A DNA stretch of 64,000 nucleotides, taken from the NCBI GenBank assembly GCA_963708025.1, contig CAVPSB010000019.1, positions 256,001 to 320,000 of the forward strand, read 5' to 3'. The position numbers and the translations under genes were made by a program. Each line of letters starts with the position of its first letter. The first letter of the stretch is position 1. This stretch comes from an uncultured Candidatus Rokubacteria bacterium. GTDB taxonomy: Bacteria; Methylomirabilota; Methylomirabilia; Rokubacteriales; DASRDR01. Positions 42,675 through 53,301 of this stretch are shown here, one piece after another. The notes under the pieces were generated by a model. That model did no database searches and had not been told where the DNA came from. It saw only the letters and a list, made by a program, of their open reading frames with translations.

Positions 42675-43936
42675 GGCGACTGAAGGTCCTGGTCTCTGCC
42701 TATGCTTGCCAGCCGCGAAGCGGATCGGAGCCGGGCGTCGGCTGGAACCTGACCCAGGAGCTGGCCAGACGCCACGACGTCTGGGTGGTGACACGGGCGA
42801 ACAATCGAGTTGACATCGAGGATGAGCTCAGACGAGCGTCTCCGGCGCCGGTCCACTACGTCTACCACGATCTTCCCAACTGGGTGCGCTTCTGGAAGCG
42901 CGGGCCACGAGGTGTTCGCGCCTACTACTATCTCTGGCAACTGAGTCTCACGCAGAGGGTTCGCCGTCTTTTCGACGACGTGAGGTTCGACATCGCACAC
43001 CATGTGACCTTTGTCCAGTACTGGATGCCCAGTTGCCTCGCAACGCTGCCCACGCGGTTCGTGTGGGGCCCGGTGGGTGGGGCCGAGGCCGTCCCGAAGG
43101 CATTCCGGTGGGATCTCGGAGCGAAGGGAGTCGGGTACGAGACCGCACGCGAGATCGCCAAGGCGATCGGTGAACGCGATCCCTTCGTCCGCTTGACCGC
43201 CAGGCGATCCTCCATCGCCCTGGCGACGACGCCGGACACAGCGCGCCGACTGCGCGCGCTGGGAGCCAAGAGGGTGCTGGTACGGTCCGAAGCGGGGCTC
43301 TCCGATGCCGAGGTGGAGCAGCTCGGCACGGCCCTGGGGGCGCCCGATGGAAGGATGCGCTTCATCAGTATTGGTCGATTGATTCACTGGAAGGGATTCC
43401 AGCTGGGACTCGAGGCTTTCCACGCGGCCGGCATGTCGGAGGCCGAGATGTGGCTGGTGGGCGATGGGCCGGAAAGATCTCGGCTCGAGGCTCGGAGCCG
43501 ACAGCTGGGTCTCGGGCCTCGGGTGAGATTCCTCGGCCGGTTGTCCAGGGAGGAAGCGCTTCGGAAGCTCTTGGAGTGCGACGTGCTGATGCATCCGAGT
43601 CTCCACGATTCGGGCGGATGGGTGTGTCTGGAGGCGATGGCGGCCGGGAAACCCGTCATATGCCTCGACTTGGGCGGCCCTGGCTTGCAGGTTACCGACG
43701 AGACCGGTGTCAGGGTGGTCGCGCAGTCTCCTGGCCAGGTGGTGGGGGACCTTGCCGCGGCAATGCGGCGTCTGGGAGCGAGCGCAGACCTTCGGAAGGA
43801 GATGGGTCGAAATGGACGGGAGCGGGTCCGAGGACACTTCCGGTGGCCAACCAAGATCACCATGCTCGAGGAGATCTACGAACGGGCGATGAGCGGGTCC
43901 GACATCGGCATCGATGATTCGGTTGGCCCACGATGA
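42671..43936 (+). CDS. Glycosyltransferase family 4
   Basis: SAYACQP..GSEPGVGW, GRLIHWKG, PSLHDSGG.VCLEAMAAG. Confidence 0.92.
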   Translation: MRRLKVLVSAYACQPRSGSEPGVGWNLTQELARRHDVWVVTRANNRVDIEDELRRASPAPVHYVYHDLPNWVRFWKRGPRGVRAYYYLWQLSLTQRVRRLFDDVRFDIAHHVTFVQYWMPSCLATLPTRFVWGPVGGAEAVPKAFRWDLGAKGVGYETAREIAKAIGERDPFVRLTARRSSIALATTPDTARRLRALGAKRVLVRSEAGLSDAEVEQLGTALGAPDGRMRFISIGRLIHWKGFQLGLEAFHAAGMSEAEMWLVGDGPERSRLEARSRQLGLGPRVRFLGRLSREEALRKLLECDVLMHPSLHDSGGWVCLEAMAAGKPVICLDLGGPGLQVTDETGVRVVAQSPGQVVGDLAAAMRRLGASADLRKEMGRNGRERVRGHFRWPTKITMLEEIYERAMSGSDIGIDDSVGPR

Positions 43937-45216
43937 ATAGTCGGCTGCGGACCGAGGGCTTTATGATGCCACGGCCTGCTGTTCCGGGCGTTCTCGAGTC
44001 GGTACTGTTTCTGCTGCTGGCGAGCGGACCGCCACGGCTTCGCGCTCGCGATCCATTCGATTCGATCGCCGGCGAGATCGACTACGTCGTAGTCCTCAAT
44101 GCCGTGATATGGGCGGCGGGGGCGTTGTGGCTTGGCTTTCAGCTGGCGCGGCGCGTGGTGGTCGGCGTGCCGTTGCCCAAGCTTCGAAGAGAGCAAATCC
44201 TGGCCCTGGTCCTGGCAGTAGCGCTCTTCCTGTCGACTGCTGTCTCGCCGGCTCCGATGTTGACAGCCTACAAGGTCTGTCAGGTCGCAATCAGTGTTCT
44301 GTTCTGCGCATTCTGGTTGAACAGGTTCGGAGAGAGGTCACTCCTACTGCACTTGTTGTGCAGTTGTTTCGTTCTGAGCAGTGCCATCGCTCTTGCGGCG
44401 CTTTTGATGCCGGAACTGGTCTATACGGGTGAACGACTGGCGCTCTTGATCCCGGAATTCATCTATACCGGCGAACGACTGAGAGGCGACTTTGTAGCGA
44501 GCACGGGGGCGGTGGCGGTCATGGGCATCGTGCTGAGTTCCAGCCTGGGCGCTCCTCGGTCTCGATCCTTGCGATTTAGCCTGTGCGTTGCGTTGCTGGT
44601 TCTTCTGGTAATGGCGATGACCCGAGCTGCGTATGCCGCGGCGATCTCGTTCGTTGGGCTTGCGGCTATTCGACGACCACAGGCTGGGCGGCTGCGCGTG
44701 ATTGCCATAGGTGTCGGCGTCGTCGTGCTGTCATTGATTGCTCTCGATCTTGAATTCAGCGTCATACCGTGGATCGTGCGGGATTCCGAATCGGTTGCGA
44801 CTCTCAGTGATCGGATACCACTGTGGCAACACACTATTGGCGTGACACTAGAGGAGTCACCCCTCATAGGGTTGGGCTTCTACGCGAATCGTGCCGTGAC
44901 CACCGGGTACAATCCGGGCTTGGGCACGTCACACAGCGCGTTTGTCGAGATCCTGTCGGGTGGTGGACTCCTCTCGGCTAGCGTCTTCCTCTTGCTGATC
45001 CTGTTGCTCGGCTGGCGAGCGAGTCGGATGTTGCTGTCGAGGCAGACGACGGTAGAAGCATTTGCGGCGGCATCGCTTCTGGTGTGTGTGATGCTGTTGG
45101 GTGTCGTCTCCGAAGAGATGGTCATTGCCTCGCCGACAGCCTTTGCGTTCTGGGCGACAGTCTCATTGCTGTCAGATCGGCCTCGCGTGACGTATGGCGG
45201 CGTATCCAGAGCATGA
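43933..45216 (+). CDS. Polysaccharide polymerase (Wzy-like)
   Basis: Multi-TM; TRAA, LSDRIPLW, GLGF, SHSAFVE. Confidence 0.75.
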   Translation: MNSRLRTEGFMMPRPAVPGVLESVLFLLLASGPPRLRARDPFDSIAGEIDYVVVLNAVIWAAGALWLGFQLARRVVVGVPLPKLRREQILALVLAVALFLSTAVSPAPMLTAYKVCQVAISVLFCAFWLNRFGERSLLLHLLCSCFVLSSAIALAALLMPELVYTGERLALLIPEFIYTGERLRGDFVASTGAVAVMGIVLSSSLGAPRSRSLRFSLCVALLVLLVMAMTRAAYAAAISFVGLAAIRRPQAGRLRVIAIGVGVVVLSLIALDLEFSVIPWIVRDSESVATLSDRIPLWQHTIGVTLEESPLIGLGFYANRAVTTGYNPGLGTSHSAFVEILSGGGLLSASVFLLLILLLGWRASRMLLSRQTTVEAFAAASLLVCVMLLGVVSEEMVIASPTAFAFWATVSLLSDRPRVTYGGVSRA

Positions 45217-45343
45217 ATGGTTCTCAGGGTCCGATCGCACGATTCCACTTAGATGGCGTTTCCAGTGCGCGAGACCTTGCCTTTCTGCGCCGCTTGGGTG
45301 TGATGCGTGACGAAGACGTCGGGCTGGAACAAGTGCATTGCCT

Positions 45344-46156
45344 ATGAGCCAGGTCGCTGAGGCAACCGATGGGTTCTGCATCGTCACGCCCAGCTACAAC
45401 CAGGCAAACTTCATCGACGACACGATCCGGAGCGTGCTCACTCAAGAGGGTCCGCGCCTCAGCCTAGTGATCATGGATGGCGGCTCGACCGACCGCTCTC
45501 CAGAGATCATCCGAAGCTACGCGGATCGCCTCGCGTATTGGGAATCGGCTCCCGACAAGGGACAGAGCGATGCGATTCACCGCGGTTTTCAGCACGCCTC
45601 GGGAAACATTCTCGCGTGGCTGAACTCGGATGACACCTACGAGCCGGGCGCGCTCGCACGCGTCGCGCGTGCCTTCGCCGAGAAGCCCGACACCGTGCTT
45701 GTCTATGGAGACTACTACGTCCTCTATCCTGACGGGAGGAAGGTGCTGAAACCCAAGGTCAGCTTCGATTTCGGGGTCGCGCTTTACACGTATCTCATGA
45801 TTCCGCAGCCTTCGGCGTTTTGGCGACGCGAAGTATACGAGACGGTGGGAGGATTGAATCTGGACCTTCACTACTCGATGGACTGGGACCTGTTCCTGCG
45901 CATCGGGCAGCGTTATCCCGGACTGATCGTGCATCTCCCCGAGCCACTCTCCACTTTCCGCGTGCATGCGGAGTCGAAGTCGGTCTCGAAACGCGAGGCG
46001 TTCCGCCAAGAGAACCGTTTCGTCCGCGAACAGTTCACGCGTGATCCCCGTTGGCTACGCAAGATGAAGGAGAAACTCTACCTCGCGAAGATCGAGTGGA
46101 AGTACCTGACCGAGCGGGGTCATTTGGTTCTGAAGAAGGATCGCAGCAAGGCATGA
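45344..46156 (+). CDS. Glycosyltransferase family 2
   Basis: IVTPSYNQ, DGGSTD, GQSDAI, WLNSDD, QPSAFW, MDWD. Confidence 0.92.
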   Translation: MSQVAEATDGFCIVTPSYNQANFIDDTIRSVLTQEGPRLSLVIMDGGSTDRSPEIIRSYADRLAYWESAPDKGQSDAIHRGFQHASGNILAWLNSDDTYEPGALARVARAFAEKPDTVLVYGDYYVLYPDGRKVLKPKVSFDFGVALYTYLMIPQPSAFWRREVYETVGGLNLDLHYSMDWDLFLRIGQRYPGLIVHLPEPLSTFRVHAESKSVSKREAFRQENRFVREQFTRDPRWLRKMKEKLYLAKIEWKYLTERGHLVLKKDRSKA

Positions 46157-46275
46157 GCGGCGACACCCGGCGGAGCCCAGCTGTCTCGCTGCTGCTTGTG
46201 GGGATACCCTCGTGAGCCCGCAGACGTCGAGGTCGGCGAGGGAGCAAGTAACATCTTGGAAGTCGGGCCGCTGAG

Positions 46276-47455
46276 GTGACACGAGTTGTCGTCTGTCATA
46301 ACCACTACCGGCAACGGAGTGGCGAGGATCAGGTATTTCAGGCAGAGACTGAGCTTCTTGTAAGGGCCGGAGATCTGGTCGGCGCCTACACTGCTGACAA
46401 TCTAGACATTGGCGGCAGTGTAAAGGTCGCAATGGCGGCGAAGACCATGTGGAACGGACGAGCCCATCGAGAGCTCCGAGCGCTGTTGAGGAAGAGTGGT
46501 GCCGCCGTTCTGCACTGTCACAACATATTCCCCTTGATCTCACCGGCCGCCTACTACGCGGCCCACTCGGAAGGTGTCGCCGTCGTTCAAACTCTGCACA
46601 ACTATCGTGTCGCGTGCGTTGCTGGCACGCTGTTTCGCGATGGACGTATCTGTGAGAGCTGTAGTGGAAAGGTGTTTCCCTGGCCTGGTGTATACCATGC
46701 GTGTTACAGGGGGAGCCGTGCAGCGTCGAGCGCGGCCGCTGCGTCGCTATTTGTCCACCGTTCTCTCGGGACCTGGCAGGCCGGGGTAGACCGATACATT
46801 GCCATGAGCAGGTCATCGCGCGAGCAGTTCATAGCGGCGGGACTGCCGAGCGGAGAAGATCGTCATGAAGCCGCACTTCGTCCATCCGGATCCGGGCATC
46901 GGGGGCGGTGAAGGGAACTATGTCTTGTTCGTTGGCCGGCTGTCTTCAGAGAAGGGGGTTCTGACTCTGCTGGCGAGCCGCCAAGACGCTCGGTCCGAAG
47001 GTCAGCGTGAAGATCGTTGGGGATGGGCCGATGGCGGCTGCTGTTCAGGCTCAGATGGGAACTTATGCCGTGGGTCGAGTGGCTGGGGCAGCGGTCGCGG
47101 AGCGAAGTCGATGCGCTGATCGGAGCCGCCAAGGTCGTGGTGATTCCTTCGGAATGGCCGGAAACGTTCGGGCTGGTCGCGATCGAAGCGTTCGCGAGCG
47201 GGCACGCCGGTCGTCGCGGCCAGGATTGGCGCGGATCGCGGAGATCGTCGAGAACGGAAGAACGGGGCTTCACTTCACGCCCGGTGAGTCGGACGACCTG
47301 GCGGTCAAGCTGGATTGGCTGTACTGCGCATGGTCCGGAGCTGGATGGTAATGCGTGCGGCGAGCCGGGCCGAGTATGAGTCCAAGTACACCGCCGAGAA
47401 GAACTACGCGATGTTGGCAGAGATCTATCGAGTCGCGGTGGAATCACGGCGGTGA
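46276..47455 (+). CDS. Glycosyltransferase family 4, several frameshifts
   Basis: HNHYRQRSGE, HNIFPLISPA, TLHNYR; then KPHF, VGRLSSEKG, PSEWPETFG..IEAFA in shifting frames. Confidence 0.85.
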
Positions 47456-47533
47456 TGGCGTGCGCGACCGGTCACGGCGAGACAATGGAATGCGGGCGAA
47501 CTCGAGGTGCCGTCGATGCGGGCTGACGGGTTG

Positions 47534-49123
47534 ATGACAAGACAGCCGGTGCTGGCATTGCTGGCGATTGTCTTGATGGCGGTGAGCGGCGGCCTTCTGG
47601 AGCCGGCCTCGACCGGCATGGCCGTGATCCATGTCAGCGCGTCGAGTCCTCGGGCGTCCGATTCGAACCCCGGAACCAACGATCTCGCGCTGCGCACGAT
47701 CTCAGCCGCCCTGAAGCGTGCGACCGAACTCAACCGGCGAGGCGTTGCATCGAGAGTCCTGGTCAACTCGGCGTGTATCGCGAGAGTATCTGGCTTTCGG
47801 CTGATAGCCAGTCGACAGACGCCCCGATCTACCTCGAAGGGGAGCCAGGTGAGCGACCCATCGTGTCGGGGGCCGATCTCTGGGGCGACTGGACGCCGGA
47901 CGGTCAGAGGCTCGATATACAGGCATTCCTGGCCCTCACAAATGGGGACTCGTTCCTACCCAAAGAACTGGGAAGGGTGCGTCACGCTCGAACCGATCGT
48001 CCGCAGGCGCGAGATGATCATGTCAGACGGTCGGGCTCTGCATCAGGTCACGTCGTTCGCGAGAGATGAAGGCGGGAACGTTCTTCGTTTCGGAGGACGA
48101 AGAGGTTGTGTACATCTGGCGAAGCAGCGGGACCGCCATCGCGAGTGCCAACATCGAGGTCGGGATCAGATCGGGTCTCTTGATTCTGGACGGGCGGAAG
48201 AATGTGACCGTTCGCCACTTTGTGTTCAGAAACGACACGAGCGGGGTTCAGAGTGCCGCAGTGCGAATCATCAGATCGACCAACGTGGTGTTCGAAGACA
48301 ACGTCGTGGTCTGGAACAACTGGGGAGGTGCCCATGTGTTCCGGACCGAGGGTGCGCATTGCGACGGAACGTCTTCAACCACAACGGAGGCGTGGGGTTT
48401 GGCGCATTTCAGGTCAAGGGGTTCATCTCGGAAGATGACGAGACATCTTTCAACAACTGGCGTGGAGCGAGTGGTGGGTTTCTAGGCTGGGCCGTGGCCG
48501 GTGGCAAGTTCGTGAGCGTTCACAACGCCGTGTTTCGTCGGGTGAGAAGTGTGGGCAATACGGCCCGAGGTATCTGGCTCGACGGAGACAACATCGACGT
48601 CTCCGTCGAGGCGTCGGTATTGTGTGGAAATCGAGGTGACGGTGTCTTTTTCGAAAACATTCCCGGCCCGGTCGCGATGCGCGACTCCGTTGTCTGCAGC
48701 AACGAAGGCTATGGGCTGGTAGCTGGCAACGCTGAGAACGTCAGGGTGGAGCGCAACCAGATCTACGGGAACCGAGCCGGCCAGATCGTTGTGTCGGGTC
48801 GGAGCGGGGGCCGAGTGAGCCTCAACTGGGAGACTCGCGAGAGTGTGTCCACGAGCCCGGCGAAGGGCTTTGTCCTGCGTGAGAACGTCATAGCCGGATC
48901 GCGTGGCGATGGGGTGCTGTTCCGGACGACTCTGGCCGGGCAGGACTGGCGTGTGTTCATTGCCACGCTGGATTCGGACCGCAACCTCTGGTTCAACGGA
49001 GAGACGACGCAGTCGTTTGGTCTGGCGAGGGGTGGTGTGTTGACGCTGGACGGGTGGCGTGGGTCCACGGGGCAGGACCGGCAGTCGCGCTACGGAGAAG
49101 TGCGCCAACTGGCACCGCCGTAA
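47534..49123 (+). CDS. Secreted right-handed parallel beta-helix protein, several frameshifts
   Basis: Signal peptide; SDSNPGT...TISAA; repeats NHNGGVG, NTARGIWLD, NRGDGVFFE, NEGYGL. Confidence 0.8.
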   Translation: MTRQPVLALLAIVLMAVSGGLLEPASTGMAVIHVSASSPRASDSNPGTNDLALRTISAALKRATELNRRGVASRVLVNSACIARVSGFRLIASRQTPRSTSKGSQVSDPSCRGPISGATGRRTVRGSIYRHSWPSQMGTRSYPKNWEGCVTLEPIVRRREMIMSDGRALHQVTSFARDEGGNVLRFGGRRGCVHLAKQRDRHRECQHRGRDQIGSLDSGRAEECDRSPLCVQKRHERGSECRSANHQIDQRGVRRQRRGLEQLGRCPCVPDRGCALRRNVFNHNGGVGFGAFQVKGFISEDDETSFNNWRGASGGFLGWAVAGGKFVSVHNAVFRRVRSVGNTARGIWLDGDNIDVSVEASVLCGNRGDGVFFENIPGPVAMRDSVVCSNEGYGLVAGNAENVRVERNQIYGNRAGQIVVSGRSGGRVSLNWETRESVSTSPAKGFVLRENVIAGSRGDGVLFRTTLAGQDWRVFIATLDSDRNLWFNGETTQSFGLARGGVLTLDGWRGSTGQDRQSRYGEVRQLAPP

Positions 49124-49213
49124 GGTGCGAAGCAAGCGTACCAACTCGTCGTGAGGCGAGGGTCCGGACGAGAAGGGGCTTCGCGCGAAAGGGTGCGGCT
49201 CAGGGGGGAGCGA

Positions 49214-50057
49214 ATGGGACTCGAGGGTGACAGTGGACGGCAGAGGGCAGGCGGATCCCCTTCGCGCTTCGTGGTGGGCATCCGAGTGGACGGGACCAGC
49301 TATCGCGATGTGGTGCAGCGCGTCCTTTACTGGGCTGTGAATGGTGAGAGCCGGTACGTCTGTGTGGCGAACGTCCACGTAGTGATGGAGGCGCGCGACC
49401 GTGAGGACGTCCGGGAAGCGGTGAATGGCGCCGACCTGGTCACCCCTGACGGGATGCCTTTGGTCTGGCTACTCAGACATCGGGATCTGGCCGGGCAGAC
49501 TCGGGTGTACGGACCGAACCTCACCGTGCAGTTGTGCGAAGCTGCGGCGGGGTCCGGTGTTCCCGTCGGCTTCTATGGCGGACGGCCCGATGCGGTAGCG
49601 CGTCTCATCGAGCGCTTGACAACAGACTTTCCGGATCTACGGGTGACGTATGCTGCAAGCCCGCCATTCAGGGAACTGAGCGTGGATGAGGACGAGCAGG
49701 TGACGGCGGCCATCAATGCCTCCAAGGCCAGAGTCCTGTTCGTTGGCCTTGGCTGTCCCAAGCAGGAACGCTGGATGGCAGCGCATCGTGGTCGCATCCG
49801 GTCAGTAATGTTGGGTGTCGGAGCGGCGTTCGACTTTGTATCGGGGGTGAAGGCACAGGCTCCGATCTGGATGCAGAGTGCCGGACTCGAGTGGCTGTTT
49901 CGCCTGGCTACGGAACCCCGGCGGCTGTGTTGAACGCTATGCGATCGGAAACACGCGGTTTCTGTTCCACGTGGCGCTCGAAGAGTGCCGCAGCGCGGCC
50001 GAGGTCTGGAGCAGACGAACTGGGAGCACGGAGGGTCGGAGCACGAGGAACCACTAG
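49214..50057 (+). CDS. WecB/TagA/CpsF (GT26) glycosyltransferase; frameshift near 49928
   Basis: PDGMP, VGLGCPKQE, GVGAAFD, GLEWLFRL..EPRRL; continues ERYAIGNTRF in a shifted frame to TAG 50057. Confidence 0.9.
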
Positions 50058-50337
50058 GCATTCTGAAGTGGCGGACGGGCAACGGACGAATCGCATGACT
50101 GCGCCGGAGCGTGGGGTCGTTCGCCACGCGGATCCGGAATCTCCCCAGCCGGTTGTCAGCAAGGAGTTCGTCCGGCTCGCCCGCGAGGCGGGTGGTGCTG
50201 ACGACCCCTTCAATGAGAGCCAGCTCATCGTCAATGGATCGGGGCGCCCCGGCCTGTGTCTCGAGGCGAACGTGGACCACTCGAGACGATGAGCTTCAAG
50301 GATCCATCGGCTGGCCGCCGAGAAAGGCGAACTATCG

Positions 50338-50709
50338 GTGAACCTCTTGTTCGTGTGCACTGGTAACCAGGCGCGGAGCCCGATGGCGGAGACGATCTTC
50401 CGGGAGCTGGCCGGCGGCGACGGACGGCACGAGGCGCGCTCGGCAGGGCTGGGGCCCCGGGCGCGCCGGCGGGTCACTGCCCGGGAGCTGGCGTGGGCCG
50501 ACGTGGTGGCGGTGATGGAGGCCGGGCACGCGGCCGAGATCGAGCGTCAGTGGCCGGCCCACATCGCGAAGCTGTGGGTCCTCGACGTCCCGGACGACTA
50601 CGATCCCGAGGAGCCCGAGCTGCGGGCGCTCCTGACCACGAAGGTCCGAGCGCTCCTCGCCGACCTCCAGCCAGCGCGCTCCCGGCCCCGGGGCCGGCCG
50701 GGCGGGTGA
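50338..50709 (+). CDS. Low-molecular-weight protein tyrosine phosphatase
   Basis: LFVCTGNQARSPMAE (CX5R), SAG, DVPDDY. Confidence 0.88.
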   Translation: MNLLFVCTGNQARSPMAETIFRELAGGDGRHEARSAGLGPRARRRVTARELAWADVVAVMEAGHAAEIERQWPAHIAKLWVLDVPDDYDPEEPELRALLTTKVRALLADLQPARSRPRGRPGG

Positions 50710-50773
50710 GGGGCCCGGCCCCCCGTCGAAATTTCTTTGGGGCGGGACCACTACCCCTGCTAGTGTACGGCTC

Positions 50774-51202
50774 ATGAACAACAAGATGCTGTGCGCAACG
50801 GTCCTCGGGGTACTCGTGTTCGCCACCGGCTGTGCCACGATCTCGATGCCCCCGCTCAAGAGCGAGTTCGGGGACATCCCGGTCATCGAGGGGCTGACCT
50901 ACCGCCCGGACAGCTCCACCATCATCGAGACGCAGACCATGCGGGCGGCGCGGCTGCTGTACCGGGGGCGGATGGAGCCCGCCAGCGTCGCCGTCGAGAC
51001 GCAGAAGGGGCTCGAGTCGAGCGGCTGGCGGATGATCCGCAACAGCTCGGCGGCCCGGGACGGCATCGTCCAGCTTTACGAGAAGGGCGACGCCTCGCTG
51101 CAGGTTCGGGTGTGGGAGGGCGGCTGGTTCGACTACTACACCTACCTGGAGGTCTCCGGAACGCGGCCGACCATGCGGGCGACGGCGGCGACGAAGCGGT
51201 AG
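50774..51202 (+). CDS. Hypothetical lipoprotein
   Basis: Lipobox ATGC; coding-like codon usage. Confidence 0.7.
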   Translation: MNNKMLCATVLGVLVFATGCATISMPPLKSEFGDIPVIEGLTYRPDSSTIIETQTMRAARLLYRGRMEPASVAVETQKGLESSGWRMIRNSSAARDGIVQLYEKGDASLQVRVWEGGWFDYYTYLEVSGTRPTMRATAATKR

Positions 51203-51278
51203 ATGCGGCGCTGACCGCCCTGTTCTGACGAGGGCCCGAACGGGCACCTCGGGCGTCGTGGCCGTCGCGAGCGGCGGT

Positions 51279-51319
51279 CTCGGAGGGGGCCCCTTCGATC
51301 GGCGGGCGCCCCCTCCGAG
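51279..51319. terminator. Hairpin between convergent genes
   Basis: ctcggagggggc ... gccccctccgag inverted repeat; no U tract. Confidence 0.4.
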
Positions 51320-51324
51320 GAGTT

Positions 51325-51549
51325 CTAGACGGGGTCGAGGCCCTTCCTGTAGCTGAGCACCCAGTATCTCCCGTCACGCTCCTCGCAGACTGCCGACACG
51401 AGATTCGCCTCCACCAGCTCGGTCATCGGGATGTGCTCGGGCACCCATACTTCCTGCCGGCCGATGCCGATGACCCGGCGCGCGGGGTCGATTCGTCCGA
51501 TCCGTCCAGCCAGGATGCTGACCATGACCCTCCCTGTCCGCCTCGCCAC
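51325..51549 (-). CDS. Small hypothetical protein
   Basis: 74-aa ORF with normal amino-acid composition. Confidence 0.5.
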   Translation of the reverse strand: MARRTGRVMVSILAGRIGRIDPARRVIGIGRQEVWVPEHIPMTELVEANLVSAVCEERDGRYWVLSYRKGLDPV

Positions 51550-51817
51550 GGCTCATGTGAGATCGACTCGGTACGATGGACGAGGCCGCAACGCAGGAGC
51601 AGGATGTGTGAGCGGTGACCGCGGAGCTCGAGAAGGCCAGCAGCATCACCCGGAGTGTCAGGCCGATCGATCCGTGAGTCAAGTGGAACGTTCGAGATCG
51701 CGGCGGCCTTCGGCGACGAGCCTCGGCGGTGACGAGCCTCGGCGGCTTGACGCGATGTCACGCGGGGCCATACACTCGGCGCACTCGACGCCTCGGGAGG
51801 GAGGCTTGGGTTCCACG

Positions 51818-52252
51818 ATGACGCCCCGGATCCGTCGCCTCGTCCTCGGGTCGCTCCTCGCGCTGCCGCTCGTCGCCGGGCTGCCGCCGGCGGCCGGGCA
51901 GCCCTTCGGGGACTCGGTTCGCATCACTTTCGACGTCGGCGCCATCCGGGTGGCGCTCGACGCCTACCGGCTGGCGCTCGAGGCGAAGGATCTCGATCGG
52001 CTGCGGCAGATCCGTCCCGGCCTGAGCACCCGGGAGATCGAGCGCTTCACGCAGGCGTTCGATCAGATCGACCGCCTGCAGGTCACCCTGACCGTCGACT
52101 CCATCGCGACGTCGGGCGACGGGGCGGTGGTGAAGGGCCTGCGCGAGGACCGGTTCATCCTGAACGACGGGTCGGTCCTCAACAACGCGGAGCCGTTCGT
52201 CTACACGCTGAAGGAGACGCCCGACGGCTGGGTACTCATGTCCACCCGGTAG
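51818..52252 (+). CDS. Secreted NTF2/SnoaL-like protein
   Basis: Signal peptide; LDAYRLALEAKDL...YTLKETPDGWVL; GGAGG SD. Confidence 0.7.
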   Translation: MTPRIRRLVLGSLLALPLVAGLPPAAGQPFGDSVRITFDVGAIRVALDAYRLALEAKDLDRLRQIRPGLSTREIERFTQAFDQIDRLQVTLTVDSIATSGDGAVVKGLREDRFILNDGSVLNNAEPFVYTLKETPDGWVLMSTR

Positions 52253-52302
52253 GACGGCGGCCGCCTGGCCGGCCGGCTCCCCTCGGGAGCCGGTGGCATG
52301 AT

Positions 52303-52410
52303 CTAGCCCGGACCGGGCGGGATCCAGGGCTCGGGGATGGGCCCCACCAGGCGCCCCCCTTTGTAGACGGCGGCGACGTCGGCCATCCGCCGGATGTCGG
52401 CCAGCGGGTT
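52303..52410 (-). pseudogene. 3'-end remnant of an amidohydrolase gene
   Basis: NPLADIRRMADVAAVYKGGRLV...* matches the typical GNPLxDI...VxKGG amidohydrolase tail. Confidence 0.65.
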
Positions 52411-52411
52411 C

Positions 52412-53071
52412 CTACCCGCCCAGCAGGCGGTTGGCCTCCTCGCGCGAGCCGACGACGCGGTTGAGGACGCGGCTCCAGGCGGGGAAGAACTCGCCGTGAC
52501 GCGCGGCCTTGAGCGCGGCGATCCGCGCGTAGCAGGCCGTCATGGTGAGCCCGTGCTCGCACCCGAGCAGGTGATGGAGCTCGTGGCGGAGGACCAGGGC
52601 AGGGGGCGCGACGAGTTGATCGAGGCTGGCCGCGCGGGCGACGACGTAGCCGTGCGTCAGGGCCGTGGCTCCGAGCACTTGGGGTAGGAAGAGCCCCCAG
52701 AGCACGTCGCCCGGATGACGGCCGAGGAAGGCCATGATCCGGTCGCAGGGGGGGTGGAGCCGCTCGCGCGCGAGCGCGGTGAGGATGCCGTCCTTGCCGA
52801 ACGCCGGGCGCTTCCAGTGGACCGTTCGGACGATCCGGAACGTCACCCCGTAGTCCGGGCCCTCGTCGCGCCACGCGACGTCGAGGAGCGACGCGGCCTC
52901 CTCCGCCGTGATCCCCTCGTCCAGGTACGCGCACAGCGACAGCGCCACGGGGGGCCCGAGGTCCAGGCGCGCGAGCCCGGTGGGATCGTGGGCGCCAAGC
53001 GTCGTGCAGCCGCTCGCGAGTGCCACGACCAGCAGGAGCCAGCATCGCGCCGTGCCCCCTCGGCGCCGCAC
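52412..53071 (-). CDS. Lipoprotein with metzincin-type zinc motif
   Basis: Lipobox ASGC; HELHHLLGCEH (HExxHxxGxxH); start uncertain. Confidence 0.7.
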   Translation of the reverse strand: MRRRGGTARCWLLLVVALASGCTTLGAHDPTGLARLDLGPPVALSLCAYLDEGITAEEAASLLDVAWRDEGPDYGVTFRIVRTVHWKRPAFGKDGILTALARERLHPPCDRIMAFLGRHPGDVLWGLFLPQVLGATALTHGYVVARAASLDQLVAPPALVLRHELHHLLGCEHGLTMTACYARIAALKAARHGEFFPAWSRVLNRVVGSREEANRLLGG

Positions 53072-53124
53072 AGCCGCCGGGTGCGGACAATCAGACAATG
53101 TGATTCCTGACGCCGTCGTCACGG

Positions 53125-53301
53125 TCACTTCGACGACAACAGGTGGAACACCACCAGCGTCAGGACCAGCGCGGCGAGGATCGCGCCCGCATTCCACATC
53201 GCGATCTCGGTTCGGGTGGGTTCATGCTCCGGGAACGAGGAGATGAGCGGCTCGGCCGGATCGAGGGAGACCTCCGACTCGGCATTCCGGGCAGAGTGCA
53301 T
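53125..53301 (-). CDS. Small single-pass membrane protein
   Basis: 58 aa, AGGAG SD, C-terminal TM. Confidence 0.5.
   Translation of the reverse strand: MHSARNAESEVSLDPAEPLISSFPEHEPTRTEIAMWNAGAILAALVLTLVVFHLLSSK

Noticed and set aside
50090..50330. Possible small minus-strand gene at the right edge of the glycan island (VHVRLETQAGAPRSIDDEL...)
   Set aside because: Coding-like but has no clear start, stop or recognisable motif.
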